Assembly (NCBI RefSeq): GCF_001194135.2
Contig: NC_068982.1
Location: 23,450,964-23,509,016, forward strand
Direction: 5' to 3'
Length of the DNA: 58,053 nucleotides
Source: Octopus bimaculoides
Taxonomy: Eukaryota
Part shown: positions 40,158 to 53,650 of the stretch, in pieces
Layout of the letters: the number at the start of each line of letters is the position of its first letter
Numbering within the stretch: the first letter of the stretch is position 1
Position numbers and translations under genes: made by a program
The notes under the pieces: generated by a model
Seen by the model: the letters and a program-made list of their open reading frames with translations, nothing else
Database searches by the model: none
What the model was told of the DNA's origin: nothing

Positions 40158-41808
40158 ACTATACCGCACTCTGGTTGCATCAGTATTGTACTCATTGTAC
40201 TAGTGAAAGCTTGTGAGGAGTTCCCAATGAAAAAAAAGGAGTATCAAAAATGGACGCGGAACAAACCGTTTATATTAGATACCTGAACTTTAACCTAATC
40301 CAAGAAAAGGTAAGATTGTTCGATGTACGAACCAGTACAGATTCTTCCTTCCGTCATGAACAAATGACCTTTTTCCGGAAAAATATTTTCAAATCCCTAG
40401 TGGAGGACGATTTTAGCAGCCTTTTACAAAAGTGCTGCTTATACGCAATGTCTTCTGTGGGCCTCACTCGATTCATAAAAATGTGTTTATTATTCGAGCG
40501 GCCTCACCTTCAACAGAAAACTATGGATACCTCACCGACTTTCACAAGGATTCAACGCTATCCAGAAAATCAGATTATCATTTAACAAGCTATGGGCAAA
40601 ACGAAATCTACAGGTAAGAAGCATACTTCTAAATCATCAAACCGTGAAATAAGTTTAGTGAATATAACATTATATCAACACTTTTAGAAAGACACTTTAT
40701 TCTCTTTTATTTAAAAGAAATATTTGTTGGATTTTGCATATTCATGTTTTTCTTCTCCAATCTTCTTTCTGTTAAAGCTTCTGTATTAAACGGCTTACTG
40801 AGTTTAGTGCCAGAAAATCCTAAAAGAAGCACTGGAAATAGATATACGCTTTTATCGTTTCCTTGAAATTTCCAAGAAGCTAAGTATATTTTAAGCAGTT
40901 AAAAACATTATTCGTCCAATACTGAACTCTTATCTCAAATTTCTTACTATTTGGCTTCGTTGTCACAATTTCCATTTAACAATCTTATGAATTCATTTAG
41001 CTTGAGTTTCCTTTTTACCTACGTATACACATACGCGTATATACATACATACATACATACATATATATATGCACGTCTGTATATAGGTACACACACGGAC
41101 ACATAGACACACAGACACACATGTATGTATGTATATATACATACATATAGATATATATGTATATGTATATATATGGTATTTTAAAAGTTTTGCTTTAATT
41201 GTCATGTTTATGTTTGTGCGATTCAACATTTTCTAAAATTTGCTTCCAAAGCGAATCATTTCTTTCTCTTTACTTACGCGTGAAAAACATTCAGTGTACA
41301 ACGAAGGACATCATGCTTAATGAAATATATATTTTGTTTGTAATAATACTTGAATATGATGCATCTATTTATTTCGCATTTTCTCTCCATTCTGTTACAT
41401 GTTCTTCAAATTTTCGTTCACTTTATACTATTACAATGCAAGTCAAAGCATACATATAACCGAACCTATATATCGGCACATCGTATCCTATCATAATACA
41501 AAATTGCATTTCTTATGACAAACATACCTGTAGTACATATGGGCATCATATTACATCTATATGTCACCTGGTGAGGAGTTTCACACGATACTAATTTATG
41601 CTTAGACCTTCACATGATATGTTTTTATTCAATAAACCAAAATATACTCATGGATTTTTAAAACTTTAATTCCACTTATTAACTGATGCTTATTTTCCGG
41701 CTCACTAGACGATTTTGTTTGAGAAATAAAATAATAATGATCTATCGATTATAATCGAGGATTCATTGAATAATGTAATTCAAAGAAATGACACATATCG
41801 GTTTGATG

Positions 41809-41844
<36 letters not shown>

Positions 41845-41850
<6 letters not shown>

Positions 41851-42197
41851 TTTTATTCTTTTTTTTGTTTCAGTTATTTGACTGTGACCCTTGCTGGAGC
41901 ATCGCCTTAAGACAAGCAAATCACCCCCAGGACTTATTCTTTGTAAGCCTAGTACTTATTCTATCGGTTACTTTTCGCCGAAGCGCTACCTTACGGAGAC
42001 GTAAACACACCAACATCGGTTGTAAGATATATATACTCACACAGACACACAATTATGTCGGGGTTCCTTCAGTTTCCGTCTACCAAATCCACTCACAAGG
42101 ATTTGGTCGGCCCGAGGCTATATTGGAAGTTACTTGCCCAAGGTGCCACGCAGTGAGACTGAAACCGCTACTTACCGCACAACCACTTCTGCGCCTA
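41845..42197 (-). mobile_element. Near full-length SINE of the same family, inverted relative to 39737-40157
   Basis: Reverse complement matches both head and tail of 39737-40157. Confidence 0.9.
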
Positions 42198-45042
42198 TAT
42201 ATATATATATATCATACATACACGTACATATGTGTATATGTGCGGTTTATTTGCTATAGGCTTAAAAAACGAAGCCCTGTTGACATACGGCTTAAAGAAA
42301 GTAAGACGTGTTATCTACAATACAAAAATACAACATTAAGAATATCCTATACTTAATTGCAAAGAAATGAAATCTTCTTAAATTTAACTTTTACTTTTCT
42401 ATGTGTACTCAGACCTTACTTATCATCATGTATCGTCTCTGTTTTTACCGCAATTAATTACTTATGGGTAAAAGTGAAGGTATAACTGAAATGTAATCTG
42501 CAGCATAAAAAATTCCGTGGGTGGTAATGTATTCTGTTTTATATTTACTTAGACAATTAAAATCTCACATTTATTTCAGTATATTATTGCTGCATATTTT
42601 ATTACAGCTGGTACAGAAAATCCCTAGTAGGCACAAAAAATTGAATTATCTAGCTCCTATGGTGTGAGAAAAAGTATTGAAGAATTAGTTCTTGTTAAAA
42701 ACTATCCAATCCTGTGTTACTAAAAATAAGAACCAACTCAACGCACAGCCATTAAGAATTGATTTAAATATAGTGAGAAAATAGACGATGTGAGAATGAA
42801 CATTAAAGCGAAGACGAAAACATTTATATCAACATAATGATATAAAATGTATCACCAAGTGAAAGATAAAATTCACTTTGTCTCTGGGAGCTTGGAGATA
42901 ACCAATACACAGCACCTTTGTTGCATAAAAATGACTAATCAATATGCAAATACCTTCTCAAGAATGAGAATCCGGGAACATTGCGGAATAAATGTAAAAC
43001 CGTTTCAGAAAATTAGTCTTAGCTAAACAGTGAGAAAGTAATTAAGATGTAAGCTTAGCTAAGGGAATATGTTATTTGGTTAGATTTAAGTAAATGATGG
43101 TACACCCAGACATTTGATGAATATATAGAATATAAAGTAGACTTGTATACTCCAGTGAAAAGTGAGATGTGGTGTTCGTAACAGCTATTAAAAGTGATTG
43201 CTTTCATCCTTGTAGTTGGAAAGAATATAATAGGAATGAGTGATGAGGAAATCTTGAAACTTGATAAAGTTTTAAATAAGACCGTATGGTGTATTATCAT
43301 ATATCAAAGGGAGCCAAATAACAGAGAATGGTAAACCTATAATATATCTAATTTGGGACTATGCTTGTGAATGTATTGAGCTTAAATGTGTCTATTCATG
43401 GTTTTGAAAATGAACCAGGCCACAGGTTTATATTTTCATAAGTCAACAGTACAGGAACCAATATATATTTTTATATAATGGCAATTAATTGATTTATTTC
43501 AAATCTAAAGTCAACGACTAAGTGTGTTTGTTTATAGTTTCAGCTTAGAGTTGCGGCCATGCTGATGCACCACCGTGAAAATATATTGTGCCCAACGTGG
43601 GGCAGTTGATGAATTGGATTATGTTTTGTTGGCGGTCGTAGGTTTTACCAAGGGCACTTATTGGCGCATGTAAAATTCGATAACGTTAACATTGTCTCAA
43701 AACCAACCTGCGGCTTTAGTTAAAAATGATCTCTTCGCTTTACGGCTTACATGTTGTACTGTGATAGTAAGGTGATCCGAATCAGCTCACATGTTAGATT
43801 TACGGTCTAAACATTTTAGATGCACGTAGCTATGGTTTCTTTCCGGAATTACTCAATATCCTAGCGAAAAATGGGTTCCACATGGATGAATTTCTCCTGA
43901 AACATTTAACAAAATGATGAAACATTTCACAATGATCCTAAGACCGATTAGGGGACATGGGATGTATTGAATTATATTTATGTTGCAACGAAGCTTATAT
44001 TTATGGACATCATAGAGTTGTTTCACTTGTAACGTATTTCCGGTGACAAGGCACATATTTAATATGGTTTAAGACACATCCTGTATTTATGCTGCAGTGA
44101 AACGTGTTTACAAACATCATAAGCATACATTGCATGTAACGCATATCCGGTGATAAGCTGCAATCACAGACATAAAAGACATTAAGAGACAGCCTATATT
44201 CTTGCTGCAACCAACCATATATTCAGTGAGATAATAAGCATTACGTTGTTTGTAACGCGGTTCTGGTCAGCTTGACAGCTGGTTAATTCTCTTCATTATT
44301 AATCGTCATGATTTCCAACTAAACTTTTAGAAATCAAAAGGTGCAATCATTTCTGGTCAGTTGGACATATTGGTCAGTGCTTCCCTGATATATATTAATC
44401 AGCCTAGAACTTAATCCAAAGTTTAGAAATCAAAATGTTTCAATGTAACCGAATTCCTATTCTATTAAGGCAGTGTTAAGCCAATTTGACATCTATTGAT
44501 ATCTGTATATTTCCACGTCCACAGAACAAAATTCAATTTAGTTGGAATTCCAACATGTAAGATATGCTAGAATTACAAAGGATAATATAATAATATCCTT
44601 CATACTAAGCGTGCAGAACAATACCATAAATATTCTGTCGATCCGTTGGTATTCAAAAATTACTTGCACTTTTTGTTTCACCTTCACTTCGCCTTTTCCG
44701 TATTACTTCATTTATGTTATATACCATTTTAAAAATATTTTTTTACTATTATTTTGTTTTCAACTTGCAGATAATTAAAAAAAAATTATTAATTCTGTAC
44801 GATAATCACCGAATCTTGGAGCAATACTATCATTTAATATAAATAATTATCTATTTTATCCATTTAATGCTTCACGTTCGTTTTTTTCTTTTTTAATAAT
44901 TTGTAATATTCTTCCTTTATCACCTTCATTATTAAACTCACACAGCATTTTTCACAAGTTCACCTTTCAGGCTCCTGTTTAAAGTTTAGTTTCCAATCTA
45001 GTGCTTTCTTTCGATCATCGGGTATTATACTGTTTTCACATA

Positions 45043-46154
45043 CAAGCATACCTCACCATACATCGTTAATTGGTACCAGGAGACACGACTTAAGTCGAAT
45101 TAACTTGTCTCTAGGCTAGGTTAGACCGAATTTACTTATCTGTAAACTAAACCGATAATAAACATTTCCAGTTCTGTACTTTATTTATGAATGCATTTCC
45201 AATAATGCATGGTGAATAAAAATCTATTCCAAGAAATGATGTTATAATTTTTTAATACAGTACAGTGAAAAAAAAAGTAATCTAAATCTACGAATACAAT
45301 TTAGTGGTGTTTACCATACATCGTGTACATTTTAATTATGAATGCGGTTTGCAATAAGACATGGTAACATAAATGCCTTTTTTAAGCTTTAAAAGAATCA
45401 GTAAATATTATTATTTTGCAATAGTTAAAAACAAATTGATAGTTTTAAATTTACCAATATCTACACACAATTTGGTGGTTTACATTGCAGATGTAGATGG
45501 CAGTGGATCGTCAACTTCCATAGCCTGTCTTTTGTCAAAAGAATTCTGTGAAATCCTTTTTATCCAAATCCATTTCCAGTTCTTTGCTCGTAGTCACAAA
45601 CGTTTTGTTGAGGGCAACATTAAAATCAGTTCATCTTCCAGCGTTATAGCATGACGCTAAGCCGCTTTCACTAGGGATTGTTTTCGGAGGCATGGGAGCA
45701 AAAAAGAAAGTCAAAAATAGAAGAGAATGAGAATGTAGCCGATAAAGAGACGTAAACAAATCTGAATTTAAAATTATCGCGGCAATTACGAGTGACAACG
45801 ACGCCATACGGTAGATATTGGAACTACAGTGCAATATGAGCTCCGAAAGACCGATACATAAGAAAACAGCTGTTTTCATGGTTTCGTTTACTAAGCTACA
45901 CTACTTTATGGTGTGTATCTTAACATTTAGTGTAAGTAATTTTAATATGATATTATATGCTTTTATTCTTATTTATTGTACAGTAACATTATTGCATGTG
46001 TTTTTAAAGATTTTCTAGTGATTTTACGATTCCAATATTTGTGGCGGACAAACGTAAACTCGAATAAACCGTATTTCACCATACATTATTTTTGAAAAGC
46101 GACGTATAATTGTGAACGACTTAAATCGAAACGGGTTAAGCCGAGGTTTGCCAG
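45043..46154 (-). mobile_element. Tigger/pogo-like element with internal deletion
   Basis: Imperfect ends (ta)caagcatacctc and gaggtttgccag. Minus-strand remnants MPPKT.., FVTTSKELEMDLDKKDFTEFF and AMEVDDPLPSTSAM* resemble pogo N- and C-termini. Confidence 0.55.
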
Positions 46155-46664
46155 TCATGTATATACATTATATAAAGCGGTGCTCCAGCATTGTGTACTG
46201 TATGATAAATTGTTGCGCTAAAATAAAACAATGCTGAACAGCTTAGATGCGTATCCACCTCTTTACTTCAAAGTTTCTGGTATGTATTCAATTCGTCTCA
46301 CTTATAACATTCTCCAGCTACTCGTATACAGTGTTATTACATCTCTATAAATTTTCAAACATAATTATGACATCAAGGTAATGGTACTTTGGGAAGCCGG
46401 TGGAATCGTTAGAGACCCAAAATATGCGTTAACTTGTTTGTTCCGCATCTTTACGTATTGACTTCAAATTTTGCTGAGATCAATATGCATTTATACAATC
46501 CTCACGCGCATGTTTCGTGTAGCGAACCTACGAAAATAAGTTGTATTGAGCTGATTCACACGGTTCTCAAATACTAATATAAGTAATCTACCAAATTTAG
46601 CGAATACACCTTTCGTGCGTGCATTCAATCTTATATGTACACACACACACACATATATATTATA

Positions 46665-46700
<36 letters not shown>

Positions 46701-46770
46701 GGTATATATAAAAACATATGTTTATATATACATACACATACACGTTTATAAGTATGAACATATGCACACA

Positions 46771-46810
<40 letters not shown>

Positions 46811-47095
46811 TGTGCATTTATATATATATATATGTTTGTGCATNNNNNNNNNNNNNNNNNNNNNNNNNNNNNNNNNNNNNNNNNNNNNNNNNNNNNNNNN
46901 NNNNNNNNNNNNNNNNNNNNNNNNNNNNNNNNNNNNNNNNNNNNNNNNNNNNNNNNNNNNNNNNNNNNNNNNNNNNNNNNNNNNNNNNNNNNNNNNNNNN
47001 NNNNNNNNNNNNNNNNNNNNNNNNNNNNNNNNNNNNNNNNNNNNNNNNNNNNNNNNNNNNNNNNNNNNNNNNNNNNNNNNNNNNNNNNNNNNNNN

Positions 47096-47152
<57 letters not shown>

Positions 47153-47273
47153 TTGTGCATTTATATATATATATATATATGTTTAAATTGGAGTCACCAA
47201 GAATGAGTACGGTTGCACATTTATTTTCAATGTTTAGAATTGTTTTTACGCAAGGTAGGTATGCAGGTACTTA

Positions 47274-47466
47274 ATTATGCAACCGTTTCCTTGCATTATA
47301 AGATCTAGTTATTTTTCTTCAGGCACTATGTAAATTCAGGTTACGGCTGACAGAGAGAATGTTCTTGAAGCCGAGAGTTTGAACCTAGAACCTACGAAGA
47401 CAATATTTACATATCACCTGAGGAAGCACAACTAGATCCCATAATGCAGGGAAACGGTTGCATAAT
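47274..47466. mobile_element. Small MITE with 50-bp TIRs
   Basis: 47274-47323 (attatgcaaccgtttccttgcattataagatctagttatttttcttcagg) is an inverted repeat of 47417-47466 with few mismatches. Confidence 0.8.
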
Positions 47467-48249
47467 CAAACAGCTGCATGCCTGGAGAAGTACGTTGCGT
47501 AAGTTTACAATATTTCAGTTTATTAGATGCAGTGGATATATACTTGAGTGACTGAATAATATCTTATTGCTTCATCGGACCCACGAATATGAAGTCCTAT
47601 TGTTTTTTTTTTTTTTAATATATGCTTGTATAGGGATCGATCTCTTTATCTCTTTATTATTACCGCTCTATACTCACTTAAAGCTACGTTCTGAAATAAA
47701 CGCATATTGAGTTCTACAAGGAGTTAATAGCATCGTAATATCCAAGCCATATATATATGTATTAGTTACGAAAGATGTCACAGTAATAATATACAGTATT
47801 TTTTACGTCGAAATCAAGCATTTTCTTCTTGTCTTTGGGAAACTTTGTGAATCTCTTCGTAGAGTAAAGAGTCATTTCTGGTAACATACCACGTACAATT
47901 TCTCTAACCATATTCCGGTACTCTTGAACAGCAATTGTTTAGTTACATATTAATTGCGAGTTTGTGTGTTGCTAGCTGTTAAATATATTAGTGATGTGTG
48001 TATGAACTGGGTGTGATGGGTAAATTGTCGTTATTTTTATTATTTTTTTTGAGCATGCACATTGTTTCTTTTTGATTTTATCGACTACACAGTATAGTAA
48101 GGTCAGTTGGGCATCCTCTGTAAAGAAAAAGAAAAACAGAAACATGACGCAATTCACTCTGCCAGGAATTTGGAAATGATATGCTGTAATACTTGGCATT
48201 CGCGCCGGAGGCTCCAATACGCACATTTCAGAGTGGTTGGGTGTAAATC

Positions 48250-48765
48250 TGAGGACAGAGCATTTACTGAGTGTGGTAAAAATCAAACATCCAGTCAAAA
48301 TCATAGTGTTTGGGGTGATCAGTAGTGGTGGCGACGTTGTTCCTCCATTCATCTTCCCACACAGCCTCATACTCAATACGGGGGCCTACATCAAATACTT
48401 GGAGGGGTAGTGCTAACCTGGGTGAAGAGGGTGGCTGCTGGAAGACCCTATGCCTGACAACATAACTCTGCGCCATACCACACAAGCAGGAAAACCCAGT
48501 CACGGCTGTCAGACACTTTCTCCTACCGCATCCCTAACATCTGGTCACCTAACTCCCCAGACTGCAACCCCTTTGATTATTGTGTGGGACAAAATTTAGC
48601 GTGAAACCAACAAAACTCCTTATAACACCAAAGATGAACTGAAGGCAGGGATTATGGTAGCATTAACCATCTTAAAATCGGAGACACTCCAGAAGAGTTT
48701 CAGATTCCGAACTCGTCTTGAGGCCGTGGTTGAAGTTAATGGTGATTTTATTGCATAAATTTATT
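48250..48765 (+). mobile_element. Tc1/mariner DD37D (maT)-like transposase, C-terminal pseudogene fragment
   Basis: KHPVKIIVFGVISSGGDVVPPFIFP..YIKYLE; WVKRVAAGRPYA*QHNSAPYHTS..IWSPNSPDCNPFDY. The spacing and NPxDY ending fit DD37D. Confidence 0.85.
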
Positions 48766-48780
48766 ATTTAGTATGTTAAA

Positions 48781-49950
48781 GTAGGGCGTTACGGTGGATG
48801 GCGAATTAAGTGAGCGGTTTTATGTGAAGTTGGGTTTAAGACAGGGTTGTGTGATGTCTCAGTGGCTATTTAATATATATATATATGGATGGTGTGGCGA
48901 GAGAGGCAAATGCTAGAACCTTTGTTAGGTGAGCCCAAACGGTGGGAGAAAATGTAGACAAATGGCAGGTGAGTCAGTTGTTGTTTGCTGATGATAAATT
49001 ACTGGCGGCGGATTCGGAAGAGCAACTGAGGAGACTGGTGTTGGAGTATGGAAGAGTGTGTGAGAGGAGGGAACTGAAAGTGAGTGTTGCTAAGAGCAAG
49101 GTGATGAGATGTTAGAGAGATGTAATGGCTGGTAGGATGGATGTAAATCTAAGTGGTGAGTGTTTTTAAGTAACTGGGATCACATGCAACGTGATATGCA
49201 GTTGGTGGCTGAGGAAATGGGATATAGAGTGAGGGAAGGGACTAAAATACTTAAAGTTGTGATAGGTATTCTGAGAGATAAAATGTTGAGTATGAAAGCG
49301 AAAAGACGTGTGTATGAGAGCGTGATTGTGCCAACATTGTTATATGGTGCAGAGACGTGGAGCTGAGAGAGGCGGAAAGGAGGTGATTAGATACTTGAGA
49401 TTAGATGTTTGAGGGCTGGTATAACACAGATGGACAGGACGAGAAATGAGGAGGTGTGAAAGAAAGCAGGAACAAGAAAAACACTAACAACCAAAATGGA
49501 TAGACGAATGTTCAGGTGGTTTGGCCACATGGAGAGGATGGAGGTGGAGCGAATGGTAAGAAGTGCGATGAAGGCAGAGGTGCTAGGCAGCAGAATCAGA
49601 AGCAGACCTCGGTTTGTGTGGATGGATAGAGTGAGGAAAGCTTTGGTGAGTAGAGGTATTAGAGTGAGATTGGCAAGAGAGTTTATAAATGATAGGAAAG
49701 CTTGGAGAGTGTTTGTGACAGATGAGTGAATTTGATGTTGCTGAAAGGGGTACGGAACCAGCATGATGCAGCAGAGACAAACCAGTATATGATGTGGGTC
49801 CTGTTGTTTATATTGAGGGTTGCGTTCTATGCCCTGACCCAAGCATAGAACGGTGCTCACCTCTTTCAGCTGGGAAAGGAATGGAATGCTTGGTGTGTGT
49901 CATGTGGCTATCTCTTCAAAACAAAAAAAAATGGAGCATGGGCCTGGGGA
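48781..49950 (+). mobile_element. RTE-clade LINE, 5'-truncated RT C-terminal half plus 3' UTR
   Basis: GLRQGCVMSQWLFNIY; QLLFADD; KAKRRVYESVIVPTLLYGAETW; RWFGHMERM..RSRPRFVWMD..DRKAWR. Confidence 0.93.
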
Positions 49951-50016
49951 TATATATATGAAAACAAAAATGGTATTTTAGGTAATTTTGGCAAATATAA
50001 GAGATTTCATCAATTG

Positions 50017-50780
50017 TAATACGGACTGTTGTTATAGTAACGAAGCTAAAGCACACAGAGTTACAGTAGTGCTTGGAAGGAAGGTGTATAGCGTGTGATC
50101 GTCGCATTGACCATGACAGAAAAAGTTGTCGTGACGATATCTTCACAGAAGCTTACACAAAGTTTCAGAAAGTACATGGATAGGGGTGTATGAGCTGCAC
50201 AAAAAGTGTACGAGTTGCTCAGACGTTTCGAAGATGGCCGAAACATGTGCATATTGACGACTGTTCTGCGAGACCCGCAACCAGCTGAACTGATAAAAGC
50301 ATCGCAGATGTACGTGCAACTGTGTGAAGACATCGTCGAATCACCATCTGTTTGTTATTAGATGTGAAGATTAGTTACCGTTCAGTTTAGTCTATCATCA
50401 CTGAGGATCTGGGTATGAAACGCATGTCTGCCAAGTTTGTGCGAAACTGCTTTCAGGTAACCAAAGTTTCAATTGCAAAAGATCCGGATTGTGTCAAACA
50501 CGGTGAAAACGTTTTGAAAACTCTGTATAGGCCCCTGAGCAGGTATCGCCAAGCTTTTGGCAAAATTTGATGTTGATTCGCTACTCAGCTTTCTCTGCCA
50601 TTGTCAATGTGACGATCACACACTCACTATACACCTTCCTTCCAAGCACTACAGTAGACAGTGGAAGTGAGCTAGGATGTTAAAATTTAGTGCACATCCA
50701 GAGATCAAGTTCAATCTATACCAAGCGGTTTCACTCTCCGTGCTTTAGCTTCTTTAGTATAGCAACATACCGGATACTTA
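50017..50780 (+). mobile_element. Mariner-family internally deleted element with long inverted ends
   Basis: Outer IR 50027-50060 / 50736-50768 and inner IR 50063-50126 / 50588-50655. The interior encodes a degenerate mariner N-terminus (RFEDGR..RP..RRITI..SIITEDLGMKRMSAKFV). Confidence 0.85.
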
Positions 50781-51236
50781 TTGATCAGATCAGGTATCTG
50801 TTAAAATGAGATGACTGTTATTTTCATTTTTGCGTAATTTAGCGGACAGTATGCTCATCAGACGCTGTACTGTTTCAGTGCTGGTGTTGAAAAGAATCCT
50901 ACCTGATTATTGTGTCGATAGCCATCTCGTACTCTTACGCACACCCACTCACACAGACACACACAGACAGAAACTCACAAAGACAAAAGCACGCACACAC
51001 ACGGACACACACGACCACACAGGCACATACACATGCGTACCTTAGACGAAACCACATTGATTATAATGAACATCTGACTTAACGCTCCTTTGTTACGCCG
51101 TGTTATGAAAGAAAGCTTAAATTAGTCTGGAATCGTTAGACCGAATACTTTCACATATGCATTTGTTCGAGTGTGTGGATATATGCATTCATATCAATAT
51201 GTCTATACCTATTTATACATATAAATACACATGCAC

Positions 51237-51279
<43 letters not shown>

Positions 51280-53214
51280 TGTATGTATGTGTGTGTGTTT
51301 CTGTGTGCTCGTTTGAATGTACCTTACCGAGTAAATTGATTTTAAAATCTGTGCACATCAATGTATTAAAAATGAATAACAGTCGTGTGAACCCCTGTGA
51401 CTTACGGCAGTTGTAATATTCTGTAATGTTGTGAGCTGCTATTCAAAATGTCGCATGCATCAGAACGGTCTTTCTCACAATTTAGCAGAATGAATTTATA
51501 TATGCAAGGTAGTAGTTAATGCTTCTTGTTAAGTCATGCAGTTCCTAAAATATGGAAATAGTTTCCCTCCGAAAGTGAAATAATATTAAAAATGCATACC
51601 TTGTCGTGCAGATGTCACTACAGGAAATATATCCACTGATTGCATAAAATCTCAAATCATCCATTTAAAAGTTGGCAAACACAACGACCATATCGGTCAT
51701 GTCCATTTAAAAAAAAAAAGGTCTGACGCTAAATATTTTGCGATATCGGGCGAGGATGTTACTATAGAGCATAAAAGCTTAGACTAAAATAAATTCAGAA
51801 TCAATGCGGGATTCATCTATTAGCTGAAATGTTATTGCTGAATAATATACCGTTCTCTCAAGAGATATGTTACTTTGGATAATACCTGCTCAGGAATCAA
51901 TGCAGGAAAGGAATGAGAAGATATTCAAATCAGAAATAATTGTGACCACTGGTCTGCACAATCAGTTCTAACTTATGTGTAAACTTTAATGCTAATGACT
52001 AAATCGGATTAGTCATATTTCTGTCCAAAGAAGGAAACACAAACAAGAATATTATTTCCCTAGCCAGTTTAAATTAAACTCTTGTTGTGTGAATATATTT
52101 CTTCGGATATGTAATGAGACAAAGTCATGATCTACGGAAATATGACATCATAAAATATTTATAAACAAACTACCAAGTCGGGATTTGTTGGAAACTTTGA
52201 GCCACTAACACATATACGTTTGAATAAATTGTCAGCAACACACATGATGCTTTCAGTATTATTTTGTTTTTGTTTTTATTTGGTGTGTTATTGCAACTAT
52301 GATTTTGCTATTGTAACACCCGATTTAATTAAGATGCCTGTCATACTTCGTAATGTTGTCGGACTTTCATACCAAATGCATTATTAAATGCACAATAGTA
52401 AGTTCTGCTCCAAGCCGCAATATGTATATAGTTACACGAGATATCCTTCAAGTTTTGATGCTGCGTATTCCTTACATTTAAACCAGAATGTGTATAGATG
52501 GAAGAATCCAGAAAATGAACCCATGCCTACCAAGTAGACTAGAGTTATTAGCACTTAATCAACGACTGTATTCAGTGTCCTATTGTTCCGTTGGTGAATT
52601 AGGTAATGGAAATTAGGAGCTCATATCATAATACCTTAAGAGCCGTCGGCTTAATGTTCTTTGTTAATTAAGAACTACATATTATTCAATTTATTGTTCA
52701 TTTCTGTGATAGGCTTAAAGCGGAGGTTCTAAAATCCCAGCATGCGCAGTGAATCTTTTAGTCGTCTAATCATGCAGTGTTTGAAGCACTTAATTTCCTA
52801 GATAACAATACGAATAGTGGTTGTTTGCGCAGATAACGAGTTAAGTGCTGTAGTTTATCTGTGTGTGTGATTTCATATCGTGAACAGTCAAAATATATAC
52901 TCTAGTTCAAGTGAAACGAACAAGTATTCTCCTAAGAATGGCAATGACTTTCATGAGATTTGCCTTAGCGTGGGTAACTTTATGAGAAATAATATACTCC
53001 CGTAGATTTGATAAACGTATCGGTCATAATATTTAGCATGCTACTGAGTTTCACAAACATACCAACAAGGCTGGAATGTTCTATAATGAGTAAATCCACT
53101 GGGATAAGAATTGTACAATGAATGTGTTGGTGTATTATGATAGAATTGATTTCAGAACATTTTGACAATATCATCGACGTATCATGTTTGTAACACTGGT
53201 TATACAGAGATATG

Positions 53215-53650
53215 TACACATGCCGTGCTTAAAGAAGACCCGTCAAGTCAAGTGAAATCGCAGTCGTGGTTGATGTCGGTGTCATGTAACTGGCACCAGC
53301 GCCGGTGACACGTAAAACGAACCTTCCGGACGTTAGGCCTCCCGGTAGCAATGACAAGTGACCAATACCCTTCGCGATACACCATGCTTGACAAGACCTG
53401 TCAAACCAAGTGAGATCGTAGTTATAGCTGATGACGTTGTTACGTAACTAATACCTGTGCCAGTGGCGCGTAAAATGCACTCACTACACTCTTGGAGTGG
53501 TTGTCGTTAAGAGGAGAATCCAGCTACAGAAACCATGCCAAATCAGATTGGAACCTAATGCAGCTCCCCAGGTTACCAGTTTTTTCTCAAACCATCCAAC
53601 CTATGCCAGAATAGAAAGCGGACGTTAAATGACGATGATGATGATGGTGA
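53215..53650 (+). mobile_element. Octopus-type SINE or LINE-tail repeat with internal duplication and (GAT)n tail
   Basis: Two roughly 80-bp internal units (53240-53318, 53397-53476) and a 3' end ccaacctatgccagaatagaaagcggacgttaaatgacgatgatgatg. Confidence 0.75.

Noticed and set aside
45491-45654. Plus-strand exon or ORF VDGSGSSTS...
   Set aside because: It is the antisense of the Tigger-like element.
47373-47498. Exon-like frame TYEDNIYISPEEAQ.. with a gtaagt donor
   Set aside because: It runs through the right TIR of the 47274-47466 MITE.
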